In this document: one piece after another, positions 25,881 through 39,606 of the stretch | Layout of the letters: each line of letters begins with the position of its first letter | Position numbering within the stretch: position 1 is the first letter of the stretch | DNA from: Octopus sinensis | Taxonomy: Eukaryota | Direction of reading: 5' to 3' | Length of the DNA: 64,000 nucleotides | Assembly: GCF_006345805.1 (NCBI RefSeq) | Contig: NC_043017.1 | Coordinates: 15,872,001 to 15,936,000 of the forward strand | Translations under genes and position numbers: made by a program | The notes under the pieces: generated by a model | Told to the model about the DNA's origin: nothing | Databases searched by the model: none | What the model saw: the letters and a program-made list of their open reading frames with translations, nothing else

Positions 25881-26854
25881 CATAAGCAGTGGAGTACCAA
25901 ATCATATAATCGTGTGATTCCTTTAGTTGTGTCTCACCAAGAACCACTTGACTCTTCTGGCGCTGGTACCATGAGAAAATGCACTCAATACTCAATGCAA
26001 AGTGGTTGGTAATAGGAAGAGTGTCCAGGCGTTGAAGCCAAGCCAAGTGATGTGAGTGCTGCCGCTTGGGAGTGGTAACTCCTAAAAAGAAATGACCTGT
26101 GCTGTGGCACCTCGTCCAACCTCCACCATTGGCAGAATGGAAAGCAGGTTTAAGAGGTTGGGGATGATACCTTGTCTAACTTGTGATGGTATGGAAAAAA
26201 AAAAACGGGCACAAAATGAGTGTGTGTGAGTGTGTATACTAATCCATGTTTTATGCACACACACACACACCTGTTAAACCTGTGCCCTCTTTTGCTGAAC
26301 TGCTGGGTTACGGAGATACAAACACACACACACGACGAGCTTCTTTCAGTTTCCATCTACCAAATCCACTCCCAAGGCAGTAGTAGGAAACACTCGTCCG
26401 AGGTGCCACACAATGGGACTGAACCCAAAACAAGCTTTTATGTATGTAATTTTAATTATTATTAATTATCATTATCATTATTATTAACATTAGTAAAAAT
26501 AGTAATATTCACATCTGTATTTTGCCTTTTGCAAATGTCCAAGGGGGTTGAACCTGTGTCTTTACTTTCATCTCCCTCTTCATGCAGCGAAAGGTGAAAA
26601 TGCAAGAGGGAACCCTGAGGCCAACCCTTCAGCATCTTCAAACGGATGATGGCCAAAGTGTTTATAGTTCCATTCACTAAACAGTTTCTTTCATCATAAC
26701 CACCAGATATAGAAGATGATTCCCCCCACCCCCGTCTAAAGGAATGAAGTGGAATGATAATCACAATGGACTCAGCTGTAACCATCCACCTACACATCAT
26801 GGACAGCTGTTGGGCATAATTTCACAAGATGGTTTGGGTGATGATGATAATAAA

Positions 26855-27289
26855 ATGCCCTGATGCAGTACCAGGCAGTGGCTCTCATGGCTTCTCATCT
26901 TAACTGGTTGGAAGTGCTATCATGTACATTGTTTTGTCTTCATATAAAAGATGGACAACACCAAATATTCTGCTCAATACCACAGATTTGCTTGTCAGTT
27001 GTTTGACCGTAAGCATTTGAGCATGTCCCTTAGTGGCTGACGATATGTGCATCTCTGATCACGAGCAGAAGTAGTGGGGGAGCATCATAGCCATGTGTTG
27101 AGAGGGATTCTTTGGGGTTTGAATAATTCACCTCTGGAAACATAGGTGTTTCATTCGACAACCTTTAACAAACTTTATCCAAAGATCATCTGAGTGGGAT
27201 GGGCTACTTGATCTGGTATATTGAGCTTCGTATATTTGTACCCCAGTGTCATTTTGATGGCATTCACTACTCTCTCACTCAATAATAAT
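26855..27289 (+). mobile_element. (AAT)n-tailed repeat, probable LINE 3' UTR
   Basis: It begins after TAATAAA and ends CTCTCTCACTC(AAT)n. It resembles a high-copy octopus repeat I recall; no coding motif supports the class. Confidence 0.4.
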
Positions 27290-27950
27290 GATTTCAAATT
27301 TTGGTTGAAGACCTGCAAGTTTGGTGGGAGGGGGCATAAGTTGATTACATCAACCCCAGTGCAGGACTGGTACTTATTTTATCGACCACAAAAGGATGAA
27401 AGGCAAAGTTGTCCTCTGCAGAATTTGAACTCAGAATGTGAAGATGGACGAAATACTGCTAATCATTTCATCTGGTCTGCTAACGATTCTGCCAGCTCAC
27501 TGCACTACTACTACTACTACTACTACTACAACTAACAATAATAATAATAATCCCTTTCTACTATAGGCACAAGGCCTGAAATTTGGGGGAGGGGATTAAT
27601 TGATTACGTCGACCCCTGTGTTTTACTGGTAATTCATTTATTGACCCCAAAAGGATCAAAGGCAAATTCGACCTTGGCAGAATTTGAACTCTGAACATCT
27701 TGACGGGTGAAATACCGCTAAGCATCCCATCCAGAATGTTAGCCATCCTGCCAGCTCGCTGCCTTAAATAATAATAAGAAGAATAACAATAATAACAAGC
27801 CTTTCTACAGTGGGCATAAGGTGTGAAATTTCTTTTTAGGGGAGGGGTGTAGTTGATTCTATTGACCCTTGTGCTCAACTGGTACCTATTTCTTTGACCT
27901 CAAAAGGATAAAAGGCAGAGTTGACCTCAGTGAAATTTGAACTCAGAACC
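27290..27950 (-). mobile_element. Cluster of three family B SINEs
   Basis: GAATTTGAACTC at ~27421, ~27681 and ~27932, separated by (ACT)n/(AAT)n tracts. Confidence 0.8.
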
Positions 27951-29472
27951 TAGAGATCCTGAAGAAAAAAAATGCTTCCGAAATCCTTCTTATAGTTATA
28001 ATCATTAGTGCTGTGCATTGGTAGAACTGGTGTAGTAATGGGTGGTGTGGAGGTGGTGAGAGGGAATTGGGGGTGGAATCGGTGCAGTGCCAGGTCGGGG
28101 GATGGGTAGAGTTGATGCAACATCAGGATTGGGGGATCGGTAAAGTGTTTGACAGAATGCTTTGCAATGTGTCGTTCTGAGTTCAAATCCTGCTGATCTT
28201 GACTTCACATTTCCACCTTTCAGTGTGGATCAATACAAATCCTCTATCAGTCACCTACTGGGAGGGGGGGGGTGTATCGATCCTTACCATTGATACACAC
28301 TTCTCCCTTCTTCCAAAATTTCAAGGTCATGTGACTGTCAGAATTTATTGTTTTTGTTTGTTTTATTTTTGGTGTTCAGAATTTCTATTTCTTCAGTTTT
28401 TCTCTCTTTTTCCTTTTTCTTCCCCATCGTTTATATTCTTATTTGCTTACTAAAATAGCTTCTGTTAAAATTAGTTTCTAAGGCTGGCTGCAGCAGTAAC
28501 AGCGAGCAGGATTTCAAATGATATTTTTTTTTTTCATCTTCAACATTGATTTTTCTTTCCCCTCACCCCCCACCCCACATCACCGTTTCCCCTCCTCAAC
28601 TCCACTTAATGTTGGAGGAGAGATCTCTGCCAGTGACATGACTCCACCCCGTACCCTCCTCTCTCCTCCACCGATGCCGCCTTCCCTCTCCTCCCACCAC
28701 ACCCTCCTTCTTCCTCCCCCTCCGTTCCAGTTCCTTGTCCCAGTTTAGGATCGTTGTCGGTTAACGCAGTCATTGCTCCGCAGTTCCACAGTAACCGACG
28801 CCAACACTCTCACCTGGATTCTTAAGAGTTGTGTGTGTGTGTGCGTGTGTGTATCGGTGTATGTGTGTATGTGTATGTGTGTGTATGTATAGAGGCATTT
28901 GTATTTATGTAAGTGTATGTGTGTGTGAATAAGTCTGTGTTTATGTGTCTGCATATAGGTGAATGTGTGCATATTAACGTGTGTTCATGTGTGCGTGTAT
29001 ATATACACACATACACACACACATGCATATACACTACAAAATTCATTCATCTAACCTCTACAAGTGCTACATAGAGTGATGTGTGCAATGCAAACGTCAG
29101 ACCCCTGTGTGTGTGTATATATGTATGTATATACACATTCCCATATATACTGAAATACACACAGATTATTGAAATATAAAGGCAGTGCCCCAGTATGGTC
29201 TCAGCTTTGTTGATTTAAACAAAGTAAACAATATGCTTATACACACAGGAACACACATTCACTCTCCACTCATAAAGTACACCATACACATACATTATGT
29301 ATTGTACTTACATAGACATACCTACAGCACACAGACACAGATATGTGTACACATACACACACACACACACACACGCATAGATATATACATACATGTATAT
29401 ACACACACACATGAATATATTCCTTATGTATCAACTATTTTCCCTCCAGTTGTAAACAATTTTTCACCAATC

Positions 29473-29504
<32 letters not shown>

Positions 29505-29917
29505 TGCATATATATGCATGCACACACACAGAAATACACACAAACATGTAGCACCACTGTCTGACCCCCCCACCACCCCCACTCATTTACAACTTCATCC
29601 ACCAACGACCCAACCAACCAACCAACCAGACAAAGGAACACCATTATGTTCCTGCAATAAAGTAGAAAGGTGTCTGATAGAAGCTAATGGAGTTAGGATA
29701 ATAAGTAAATGTGCAACTGACATCACACACACACACACACACACACCTTTGTCCCCCCCCTCTAATGTGTGTGTGTAAGGAATATGTTTACTGTGTTATT
29801 TTTCCTTCTTTTCTTCATGTCTGTAAGAAAGGAAAACAGCTATTCTAGAATTATTGATGATGGTGGTGTGTACGATGGTGATATGTATGTGTGTGTGTGT
29901 CTGTAAATGTATATATA

Positions 29918-29974
<57 letters not shown>

Positions 29975-30789
29975 GTGTGTGTATGCATACAATCATACGT
30001 ACATATGCATACATATATATCTATATACATATGCATACACACATACGTATATGAATGTATGTATTCATGCATGGATTGTATGTGCTTATTTTCTTCTTCA
30101 TTGCCAATAAAGAAACTTGATTAATTAAAAAATTTTCTTGCTGGCTACATTGTACATGGGCACCAGCTTATATAATGTATGCCTATATACATACACACAT
30201 ATTTATATATGTATACGTATCATGATATGTATACATTATAAATAGAAAAGCACGCATGCATACACACACACACACACACCCATATTTTTGTCATTCATTC
30301 AGGTTGGGGTGGGGGTACACACAGTCTCTAATTCTTTAGTATTCAGATTACACTGTCAAATGGGATGCTTTTTATATTCACATTGTCTTGAATTAATCCT
30401 GCATTATCTCGTTGCTTTGAGATTTCAGTGATGTGATTGTTTATTTTTAGAATGACATTGTTGGATAGGTGTGAAAGGCCTGATCTGGTCAGTTTGAACT
30501 TACAAAAAAGGTTGAATATTTGGGCCAGATATGATTGGTTTAAATGCTAACGGGATATATATATATATATATATATTACAAAAATAAGAACATATGATTA
30601 CATATATACATACACTGTAATTCCTCAACTATCGTGGGTGTTACGATTCCACCCCCACCACTGTGATAGGTGAAAGTCCACGAAGTAGAAACATTACTGT
30701 GCTGTATATTTTTTATTATTATTTTTATAATTTCTATATATTTATTTTATTCTAAATGCAAAACAACACCACGGAGGAATCGACGTAAG

Positions 30790-31620
30790 CTGGAATGATA
30801 AGCCAGGATATGGAGAGGGATTACTGTATGTGGCATTTGCCGTCTGTGGTGTAGAAACTAGAACAACATGCAGAGCAATGGAGAAAGAGATAGATGCCTG
30901 TGAGATGTGGGTCTTTTGTAGATTGGACAGAATCAGATGGGAAGACAGGGCAGCAAAAGCTGTGGTACTAGGAAAGCTGAAAAAATCCAAAGACATCTAT
31001 TGTTATGAATCAAATCCACTAAACTCTTATATTTTGGAGGTACAATGGAACAAGATTCATTATTCAACACCACAATGACAGGATGTGTGGAGATGAAGAG
31101 AATAAAAGAGAATAAAAAGGCCATAAAAAGAGTTTGTGGACTAATGGCATCAAAGATTGGACTGGAAACAGAGCCTGGATGATTGTTTGAATGCAGCACA
31201 ATACAAAGGAACTGGGTGAGGTTTTTAGCAAAGTGGTCTCCTGGGTTCAGGGATTGCATGTCACTGATGTGTGTGTTGGTACTCACAGAGGGGATGAGTA
31301 GGGACCAAGACTGCTGGGGGTTTGCTGTGCTTGAAGAGTCACATCAAGCTAAGTAAAAGCGGGGCTTCCTTTGCACACAGGCTCATCCCTTGCAACCCTC
31401 TTCACTAATCTTGTGGGCTCGTAAGTGCTGGGGCCACATAAAAATCACCCAGCACATTCTGTAAAGTGGCTGGTGTTAGAAAGGAGCAACCAGCTGTAGA
31501 ACTCATGCCAAAACGGACAACTGGAGCCTGAACAGCCCTTCAGCTGGTCAGCTCCTATCAAACCGTCCAACCCATGCCAGCATGGAAAACAGATGTTAAA
31601 TGATGATGATGATGATGATG
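30790..31620 (+). mobile_element. 5'-truncated RTE LINE (ORF2 C-terminus + 3' UTR + (GAT)n tail)
   Basis: LLYVAFAVCGVETRTTCRAMEKEIDACEMWVFCRLDRIRWEDR matches the RTE pattern LLYGCETWTL..AMEKRLDAFEMW..RRILRISW.DR. It is followed by YFGGTMEQDSLFNTTMTG and WTNGIKDWTG, and ends GCATGGAAAACAGATGTTAAAT(GAT)n. Confidence 0.85.
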
Positions 31621-31636
31621 ATTTATATTTGTATGT

Positions 31637-31668
<32 letters not shown>

Positions 31669-32728
31669 TGTTTTCTTAATGACTATGAACACTAAGTGTT
31701 AAAATGAAAATGAATGCATGAATTAAAAAATAATTATTGATGCAAAATCAGTTGACAGTGACTTCTAAGTTCCCCAAGGAAGGTTTATCAAACAACCCTT
31801 TTGATAAGCCTTCCACAGTGAAACTTTGAAGTCAGTGAAATCTTTTAAAATAAACGTGTGTGCATTTGTGTGGGCAATCCCAAGATTAATCAACCAAAAT
31901 TGCGAGGATGATCTGGTTCTTGACTGAAGATAAAAGGCTTCAAATGACCCGTCCTTGTTTTTTTGTATCGTCTATCTGGATGTTTTGTTGTCCCTTTTTG
32001 CATCACCTAGTTGTCTGGATGTTTTGCGTTCTTGTCCCATTTTGTATTTTATTTTATATATATGTATATAGCAGCGTACGTACACTTTGTTCTCTTATAT
32101 GTAAGTACACATTTCATTATATATATATATATATACATACATATATATATAACTAAATTATAATCTTATTCTAAAGATTGAAGATATCATTCAGACAGGA
32201 AAGGATTCAGTATCATAGAATGTATCTTGTTTACCTCTCTAATTGCAAGTGCACATACATATGTACGTACGTATGTACATACGATTGCATGCATAAATGT
32301 GTGTGCACACAGAATTAGAGCTGTAAACAAGATACACCAGTGAAATAGGTGGGGATATATTTAACAAGAAGGACAAATGAGAGAGAGAGAGAGAGTGAAT
32401 GAAATGTTGTATGATGTGTTTATGCATGTATGTGTATATCTATGTATTTATATATATATAGATGTGTGTGTGTGTGTATATAGATAGATAGTGGTATAGA
32501 GTAAATGTACTTTGCTCTTTGATGTCTCTGATATTGTTGTTATTGTTTCGAATCTTAACCCCACCCCACCCCCCTCCCAACCAGTTGGCATTTTCCTTCC
32601 CTCACCATAAGATCTCTAGGATTGCAGCCAATTCTTCGATATACTTGGCAAATTGTCAACTATAAAGGATTAATATTTCCAATATCTTTTATTTCAGAAT
32701 CATATCTCAGTGTCTGCCTGTCTATTCA

Positions 32729-32763
<35 letters not shown>

Positions 32764-33809
32764 CTTTCTGTATGTGTGTCTGTATGTCTACCCACCTGCT
32801 GTGTGTGTCTGTATTTAAGGGTACCAACTCCATAACCGATACTCTCCTACGTAGATGGGTGGTAGAACTTGTTTGTCTGAAGTTAATGGTTACTCAGGAC
32901 GCTCAGAGAAGCCACTGAGTAATGGACAAATAGAGATACAAGGAACTGAGTCTTGTTGGAATGACTCATCGACTTTGAATTAAGATTCATCTATCACCAT
33001 CATCACCATCATCATCATGGTCATCGATGCTATCGTCATCATCATCATCACCACCACCATCATCATTAATGTTGTTACTTTATGTCTGCTTTTCCATGCT
33101 GGTAAGGGTTGGATAAGTTTGTCAGTGTTTTATAGTTAGAGCCCCTTCATATTGCCGACCCCTTTTTCTGTCTCTTATGTTACATAGAGCCATGGTGTAC
33201 ATACTGTGAAACGAAGATAGACATTGTGTGTGTGTGCATGTGTGTATATGTGTATATGGGATATGACACATTCATCAATAACGCATACAGCAAGAGCGTG
33301 TGTGTATGTGTGTGTGTGTGTGTGTGAATATATATCTTAAAAGATATTCATGAGAAAATATCAATGACTGTATTTAAAAAAAAAAACATGTAAAAACAAA
33401 ATTGTAGCAAAATAAAAGAATACATATTTTATACATCATTGGAATGAGTCACTGCATATCAGCATCCTGCTCTTCATTGCCATTGTCATCTTCATCATCA
33501 TCATCATCGTCCTCATCCTTGTCGTTACCATTTTGTTTATAATCTGTTATGAGTGAGATGAAATTTTACTTTGGCAGATTTTCTACAGCTGGATGCTCGT
33601 CCGGTCACCAACCTTTGTTTCTGATGTCAAATATTAGTCATTCCCCACTTTCTCTCATCACATGAACAATAAGGAACTAAGGAACATTTGTTCACTGAAG
33701 AAACTAAGCAATCGATGTCTTTGGTTTTGGCGGCACCAATAAGGATGGCAGTGTGTTGGAGGGACATTTACGTAGATTCATTCCTCAGCGACACAAGTGT
33801 GACTGACAC

Positions 33810-34090
33810 ACCGTTGGTGTCCCAGTTGATCTGATCAACGGAACGGAACTGCTCATGAAATTAATGTGCAAGTGGCTGAGTACTCCACAGACATGCATAC
33901 CCTTAATGTAACTCTCAGGGAGATTCATTTGACACAGAATGGGACGTGGCTGGCCCCGCTTTGAATTACTGGTACAACTCATTTTTGCCAGCTGAGTGGA
34001 TTGGAGCAATGTGAAATAAAGGGTCTTGCTCAAGGACACAACTTGTAACCCTTATGATTGCAAACTGTATGCTCTTACCACTAAGCAAAG
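33810..34090 (-). mobile_element. SINE family C
   Basis: Reverse-complement homologue of 25585-25880. Confidence 0.7.
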
Positions 34091-34441
34091 CACCAAAGTC
34101 ATATGCCTATGCTCTGTGGAATTGCCAACCTGGGGCGTTGCTTCGGCACTGCCCCCCCCCACACACACACACACATTCCTACACATATATATGGTAGGAT
34201 TCTGTACAGTTTCCACGTCTGAAAGCTCCACTCACAACATATTGGTAAAATGATTTGGTGTAATCCAGAGTGGCTGAAGGCACTAAGAGAAATGGTGGGA
34301 GTGTCTGTGGGAAGAATATAATATGAGAGGGGGGATAATGTGTGAGTGTGCGAGAGAGAGAGAAAGAAAGAAAGGGGTAGTGCTTGTGTGAGAGGGACAG
34401 AGAAAGACTGGTGTATGTGGGAGATAGAAGTGGGCTTGATT

Positions 34442-34480
<39 letters not shown>

Positions 34481-34602
34481 AACTCATATACATAGAATAA
34501 GAGAGAAAGAAAGACATATTATATGATAGAAAGATAGATAGATACAATCTATGATTGATTAAATTGATAGAAACACTATATAAGAAGCCATTTACTGTGT
34601 GC

Positions 34603-34640
<38 letters not shown>

Positions 34641-35082
34641 GCAAGAAAGTGGTAGAGTGATTGAGTGAGATAAATGTGTGGGAAGGCAGAACAATTGATG
34701 ATGTCTGTGATAAGAAATAATTGATTGATTAATTAAATCAGGTTATTAATATTTGTAATTTCCTCTCTCTCCCTCTATTATAAGCAATGGTTGCTGTCTT
34801 CTGAACAAGGCCCCACCCCCACCCCTGCACTTATTGGCCACCCAACAACACTAACTACTCCCCCTCCCCATCATTATAACATTCACTTTGCCATACTCGC
34901 ATGGGTTGGGCATAATTTATTGAAGCAGGGATCTTATAGCTGGATGCCCTTCCTGTAGCCAACACTTGCCCATTACTAAGTAAGATAATATTTATCCATA
35001 GTCAGACAAGTTTATTCCAAAGATTGGAGATGAAGCAGTGGGGATTATGTGTTTCTTTTGGTTAATATATCATGTGTATGTG

Positions 35083-35470
35083 AGGCGTGGCTGTGGGGTA
35101 AGAAGCTTGCTACCCAACCACATGGTTCCGGGTTCAGTCCCACAGCATGGCACCTTGGGCAAGTGTCTTCTACTATAACCTTGGGTTGACCAAAGCCTTG
35201 TGAGTGGATTTGGTAGATGGAAACTGAAAGAAGCCCATCACATATGTGTGTATGGGGGGATATGTTTGTGTATCTGTGTTTGTCCCCTCACCATTGCTTG
35301 ACAACTGATGTTGGTGTGTTTACATCCCCGTAACTTAGTGGTTCAGCAACAGGGACTGATAGAATAAGTACTAGATTTACCAAGAAACAGCCCTGGGGTT
35401 GATTTGTTCAACTAAAGGCGGTGTTCCAGCATGGCCACAGTCAAATGACTGAAACAAGTGAAAGAATAAA
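35083..35470 (+). mobile_element. SINE family A, full length
   Basis: A box TGGCTGTGGGG, B box GGTTCAGTCCC, conserved body, tail CAGTCAAATGACTGAAACAAG. Confidence 0.8.
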
Positions 35471-35499
35471 AAAGTACACACACACACACACACACACAT

Positions 35500-35905
35500 G
35501 GAAGAGGGAGACCCAAGAAGACATGAGATGAAGCATTGAAGGCCGATCTCAAAATGCTGAGCCTTTCGAAGAAGATGACAGAGGACTAAGATATGGGATG
35601 CATTGCTGTACTCAAGAAGACCCACCCACCCGCCACAAGAGAACTGAGATCCTAAAACCAGGGTGCCATGCAAAAAGCATTGGTGTGAGTGTTGGTGCCA
35701 TATAAAAAGGACCAGTGTTGGTGCCACGTAAAGAGCACCCAGTACACTCAATAAAGTTGTTGGTGTTAGGAAGGGCTTCCAGTTATAGAAACTCAGCTAA
35801 AACAGACTATGGGACCTAGTGTGGCCCCTGGCCTCGCCAGTTCCTGTCAAGCCACCCAACTCATGCCAGCTTGGAAAACAGATGTTAAATGTTGCTGATG
35901 ATGAT
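35500..35905 (+). mobile_element. RTE LINE 3' end
   Basis: RGRPKKT*DEALKADLKMLSLSKKMTED...IAVLKKT followed by the common (GAT)n-tailed 3' UTR. Confidence 0.8.
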
Positions 35906-37318
35906 ATATATGTGTGTGTGTGTGTGTATAGATATATATATATATGGTGGTGCCCCAGCGTGGACACAGCCTTAGGGCTGAAACATAAAAGAATATATAT
36001 ATATATTGGTGAGAAACTCCACTCCAAAATGCTTTTTTAAGTGCCGTCTCTTGCTATATTTGTTCTGTCTCAAAACACAGACACTCCCTAGTCACTCTTG
36101 AATGAGATTTATAAGGAACCATTAAACAGTCCCCTGTTAATCTGTTGTTCACAAACTACAATATAAAACAGAACAGGAATAGATCAATAAAGTCAGTGGC
36201 TATCTTCATTGTGGCTTTTGTGTTTTGGACTGTCCTTGGGTACTTCTGACCTTGTCTCTATCTTGAGGTACATCTGACCGTGATTAAACTTCTTGGTGCA
36301 TTTGGCCACAACTAAATACAAGGGTACATATGATCAAATCTGACCTTCACTCCATCCCTGGGTACATCTGACTTCAACTAAATTCTTGTCTCTATCTAAC
36401 CTCATTTAAATCCCTTGGCTTATCTGGCTTTGTCTAAATTCCTGGATTCACTTGACCCCGACTCTGTCCTTGGGTAGGACTAATAAAGGTGTCAGTTGCA
36501 TTGAGCATGACCTAGATCTTATCTGGGTCACACCCAAGTGTTGTTGACCCAGATTCAGATTATCCCTGGATGTGGTTCACCTACATCTGATCTTGGCATC
36601 TCACCACCACCAGTCCTAACCCCAACCTCCACCCTAAACAAGCTGACCTTCACCCCCCTCTCTCCACCCTCACACTCTGCTGACTCTTTAAACTCTGAAG
36701 ATTACAAAACAATCACGTAAAGTTAGTCATAAAGTTGGCTGAAGAATTTAATTTGGAATCTATTAACATGAATTTTGATGCAAGATAGTGCTTATAAATA
36801 ACTACTGACTCTCCTTCACGACCACCACCACTGCTATGTTGCTATCTGTTTGTAGAGGTGGTTGGAATGGGTTGTGTATGTGTGTGTGATTTTTGTTTGT
36901 TTGTTATTTGGCTGATAAGACAAAAAAAAAATGCTGAAATAGTTGACTGACAAAGATATTGGTGTTCCTTGGAGATGGCAGAAATTGGCACCATGACAAC
37001 GCTTGTATGTCTCCTTCTCTAGCAGACATACTTAGTTACTGAGTTGATCGTTTATCTGGCATGTTTAAATGTGCAAGAAGGACACAATAGCCACCCTTAT
37101 TTAAGTGTATTTATAAATACTTAGGTTAGCATGCTGATAAAGTTGGGTAGTTGGTTGAAATGAGGGTGTCACACCGAGAAACACTTGCCATCCAGTTAAC
37201 CTCGACTCCTGCTGATTTCAGCAGAGGAATTAATGATGGTTGATGGACTTGCTAGAAACAACAATCAAATCTCCCTCAAATTATATAATATCACTGATAT
37301 ATATATGTGTGTGTGTGT

Positions 37319-37356
<38 letters not shown>

Positions 37357-37762
37357 GGTGGTTGTCTACTCAGAGTTTGATCACCTCCTGTACTTACACC
37401 CAAGATCCATCATGGCATCTTATGTGGCCTTTTAAGCATGTGCAACATGTGGTCAAGCATTGTCTTGCAAGAGAACTGGCCTGTCTCTATTGACCGATTG
37501 TTTAATTACAAGTTCACTCATCATTTCATCCAATTGGTTGATGTATAACATCCGCTGTAACTGACTTCCTAGATGTCATGAAGCTGTAATGGATGTGGAA
37601 ACATTCACTGAAGCTCTACATAGCGCCGATAGCTTACCAGCTGCTATTTCTAGCAATGGTCATGCATCATGTTCATCGACTTTGTATATTTATAATTCTA
37701 CCGTTTATGGCGCTTTATTCTTCCTGGATAGTAATACTATTCTTGATGATATCTATATTTCT

Positions 37763-37794
<32 letters not shown>

Positions 37795-38517
37795 ATGTTT
37801 GTTTTAATGACATCATAAAAGCAATTTTACATTAAACTGAAGGGTTATGCAATAAATTATGGTAGAGAACAAATTTCTTATTCTCTAACAAGACTAGAGT
37901 TGTCAGTGACTTTGGACTTTCACGTAGCTAAGCCATCATCATCATCATCATGAGACTGACGATTGCTTTGCTGGCCAAAACTTCAAAATCATTGTCAACA
38001 CCATCCTTGTTAAAGAATATATATGTGGCAATGTGAACATGAATTGATTGCACATACACAGTGTATGTGTTCTGTTTATGCAGTGAATTTGCTGCAAGGT
38101 AACATCTGGGGAAGCTCCCTAACACTTAGTCTTGTGTAAGGTGCTTTCCCAGACACTATTCTGCACCAAATTTCACTTATAAACTGTGTAGTCATAGCTA
38201 CATTGCATTTGATCATAGGACCATTCAATGGAGGCCAATCTAAGCCTAATCAGCCACAACAACATCTAGGGCGCAAGGAGCAAGAATTGTTGTCTAGTCT
38301 ATCTGTCTTTCCCTGGTTCTGTCATTCTTCAGACGTTTGGCATTCACTTAGCAAGTGTCTCAGAGTGAATCCTTCCAGATTCTGTTCTCTATCAACCCGT
38401 CTTTGTCGTTCAGCAAGTTCAGTTTTTGTTTATTTTTAACATTTCCAGCTATTTATTTTGGCAACAACAGAATTCACCACCATCTAGCAAAACCTGACTC
38501 AATATCGCTCTCCAAGG

Positions 38518-38552
<35 letters not shown>

Positions 38553-38576
38553 CATATTTACATATACATATATACA

Positions 38577-38637
<61 letters not shown>

Positions 38638-38707
38638 CACATACATACATATATACATACATACATATATACATACATATATATATACACATACATACAT
38701 ATATACA

Positions 38708-38741
<34 letters not shown>

Positions 38742-38758
38742 TACACATACATACATAT

Positions 38759-38801
<43 letters not shown>

Positions 38802-38835
38802 CATACATATATACATACATATATATATATATATA

Positions 38836-38883
<48 letters not shown>
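38518..38883. repeat. Compound (TA)n/(TACA)n microsatellite, ~365 bp
   Basis: Directly visible; similar blocks occur at 22640-22960 and 60550-60790. Confidence 0.95.
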
Positions 38884-38885
<2 letters not shown>

Positions 38886-39002
38886 CCGTATATACTATCG
38901 GTATCCGTTATCCCAGGCATTGGTGTGCAGGTACACCATACATGTGGAGTGCAGATAACAACAGGATAAACAAGAGTTTATGAAGAACCAATGCAAATAA
39001 TT

Positions 39003-39186
39003 AGAAAATGAAAAAAACCACAGATTAACCAACACATCGACTGGACCACATTTATTGCTTATTTTTCAATGCAAGCATGACATAACAGAATAACACCTTT
39101 TTTGTTGTCATACTTTGTAGTAAAAAATAAGCTATAAATGTGGTCCAGTCGATGTGTTGGTTAATCTGTGGTTTTCTCCATTTTCT
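39003..39186. repeat. Fold-back element, 42-bp perfect core inverted repeat
   Basis: 39014-39055 is the exact reverse complement of 39134-39175, and the arms extend imperfectly to ~64 bp. Confidence 0.85.
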
Positions 39187-39242
39187 TATTAATGTATATA
39201 TATATACACACATATATACACACACATAATATATATATTATG

Positions 39243-39468
39243 TTAAAAATGGAGAAAGCCGGTTTATGGGATTACTTTAGGTTTCCCGTCCAGAAAGGGT
39301 TTAGCTTTATGGCATATTGTCAGATCCCAAAACCCTGTTGGCCCAAGACCTCTTCAAAATATGGAGGAGGAAAACAAATTTTGGGATCTGACAATCCGCC
39401 ATAAAGCTAAACCCTTTATGGACGGGAAATCTAAGGTAACCCCATAAACCGGCCTTCCCCATTTTTAA
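39243..39468. repeat. Fold-back element, ~90-bp arms, 46-nt spacer
   Basis: TTAAAAATGGAGAAAGCCGGTTTATGGG...GATCCCAAAA pairs with TTTTGGGATC...CCCATAAACCGGCCTTCCCCATTTTTAA. Confidence 0.85.
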
Positions 39469-39573
39469 TATATACTGCTCTACATCTTAGAGTGGGCTTC
39501 TTCTTTTGGATTGATGCTTTTTACAAACGATATATTTATATATATATATATACACACACACACGCATACACAC

Positions 39574-39606
<33 letters not shown>

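Noticed and set aside
26462-26800. 112-aa minus-strand ORF as a transposase fragment
   Set aside because: I could not identify any DDE or RT motif.
37589-37835. Non-repetitive ORFs as a real exon
   Set aside because: No recognisable domain or splice sites; the ORFs run into a TA tract, and nearby sequence recurs at ~44880, indicating a repeat.
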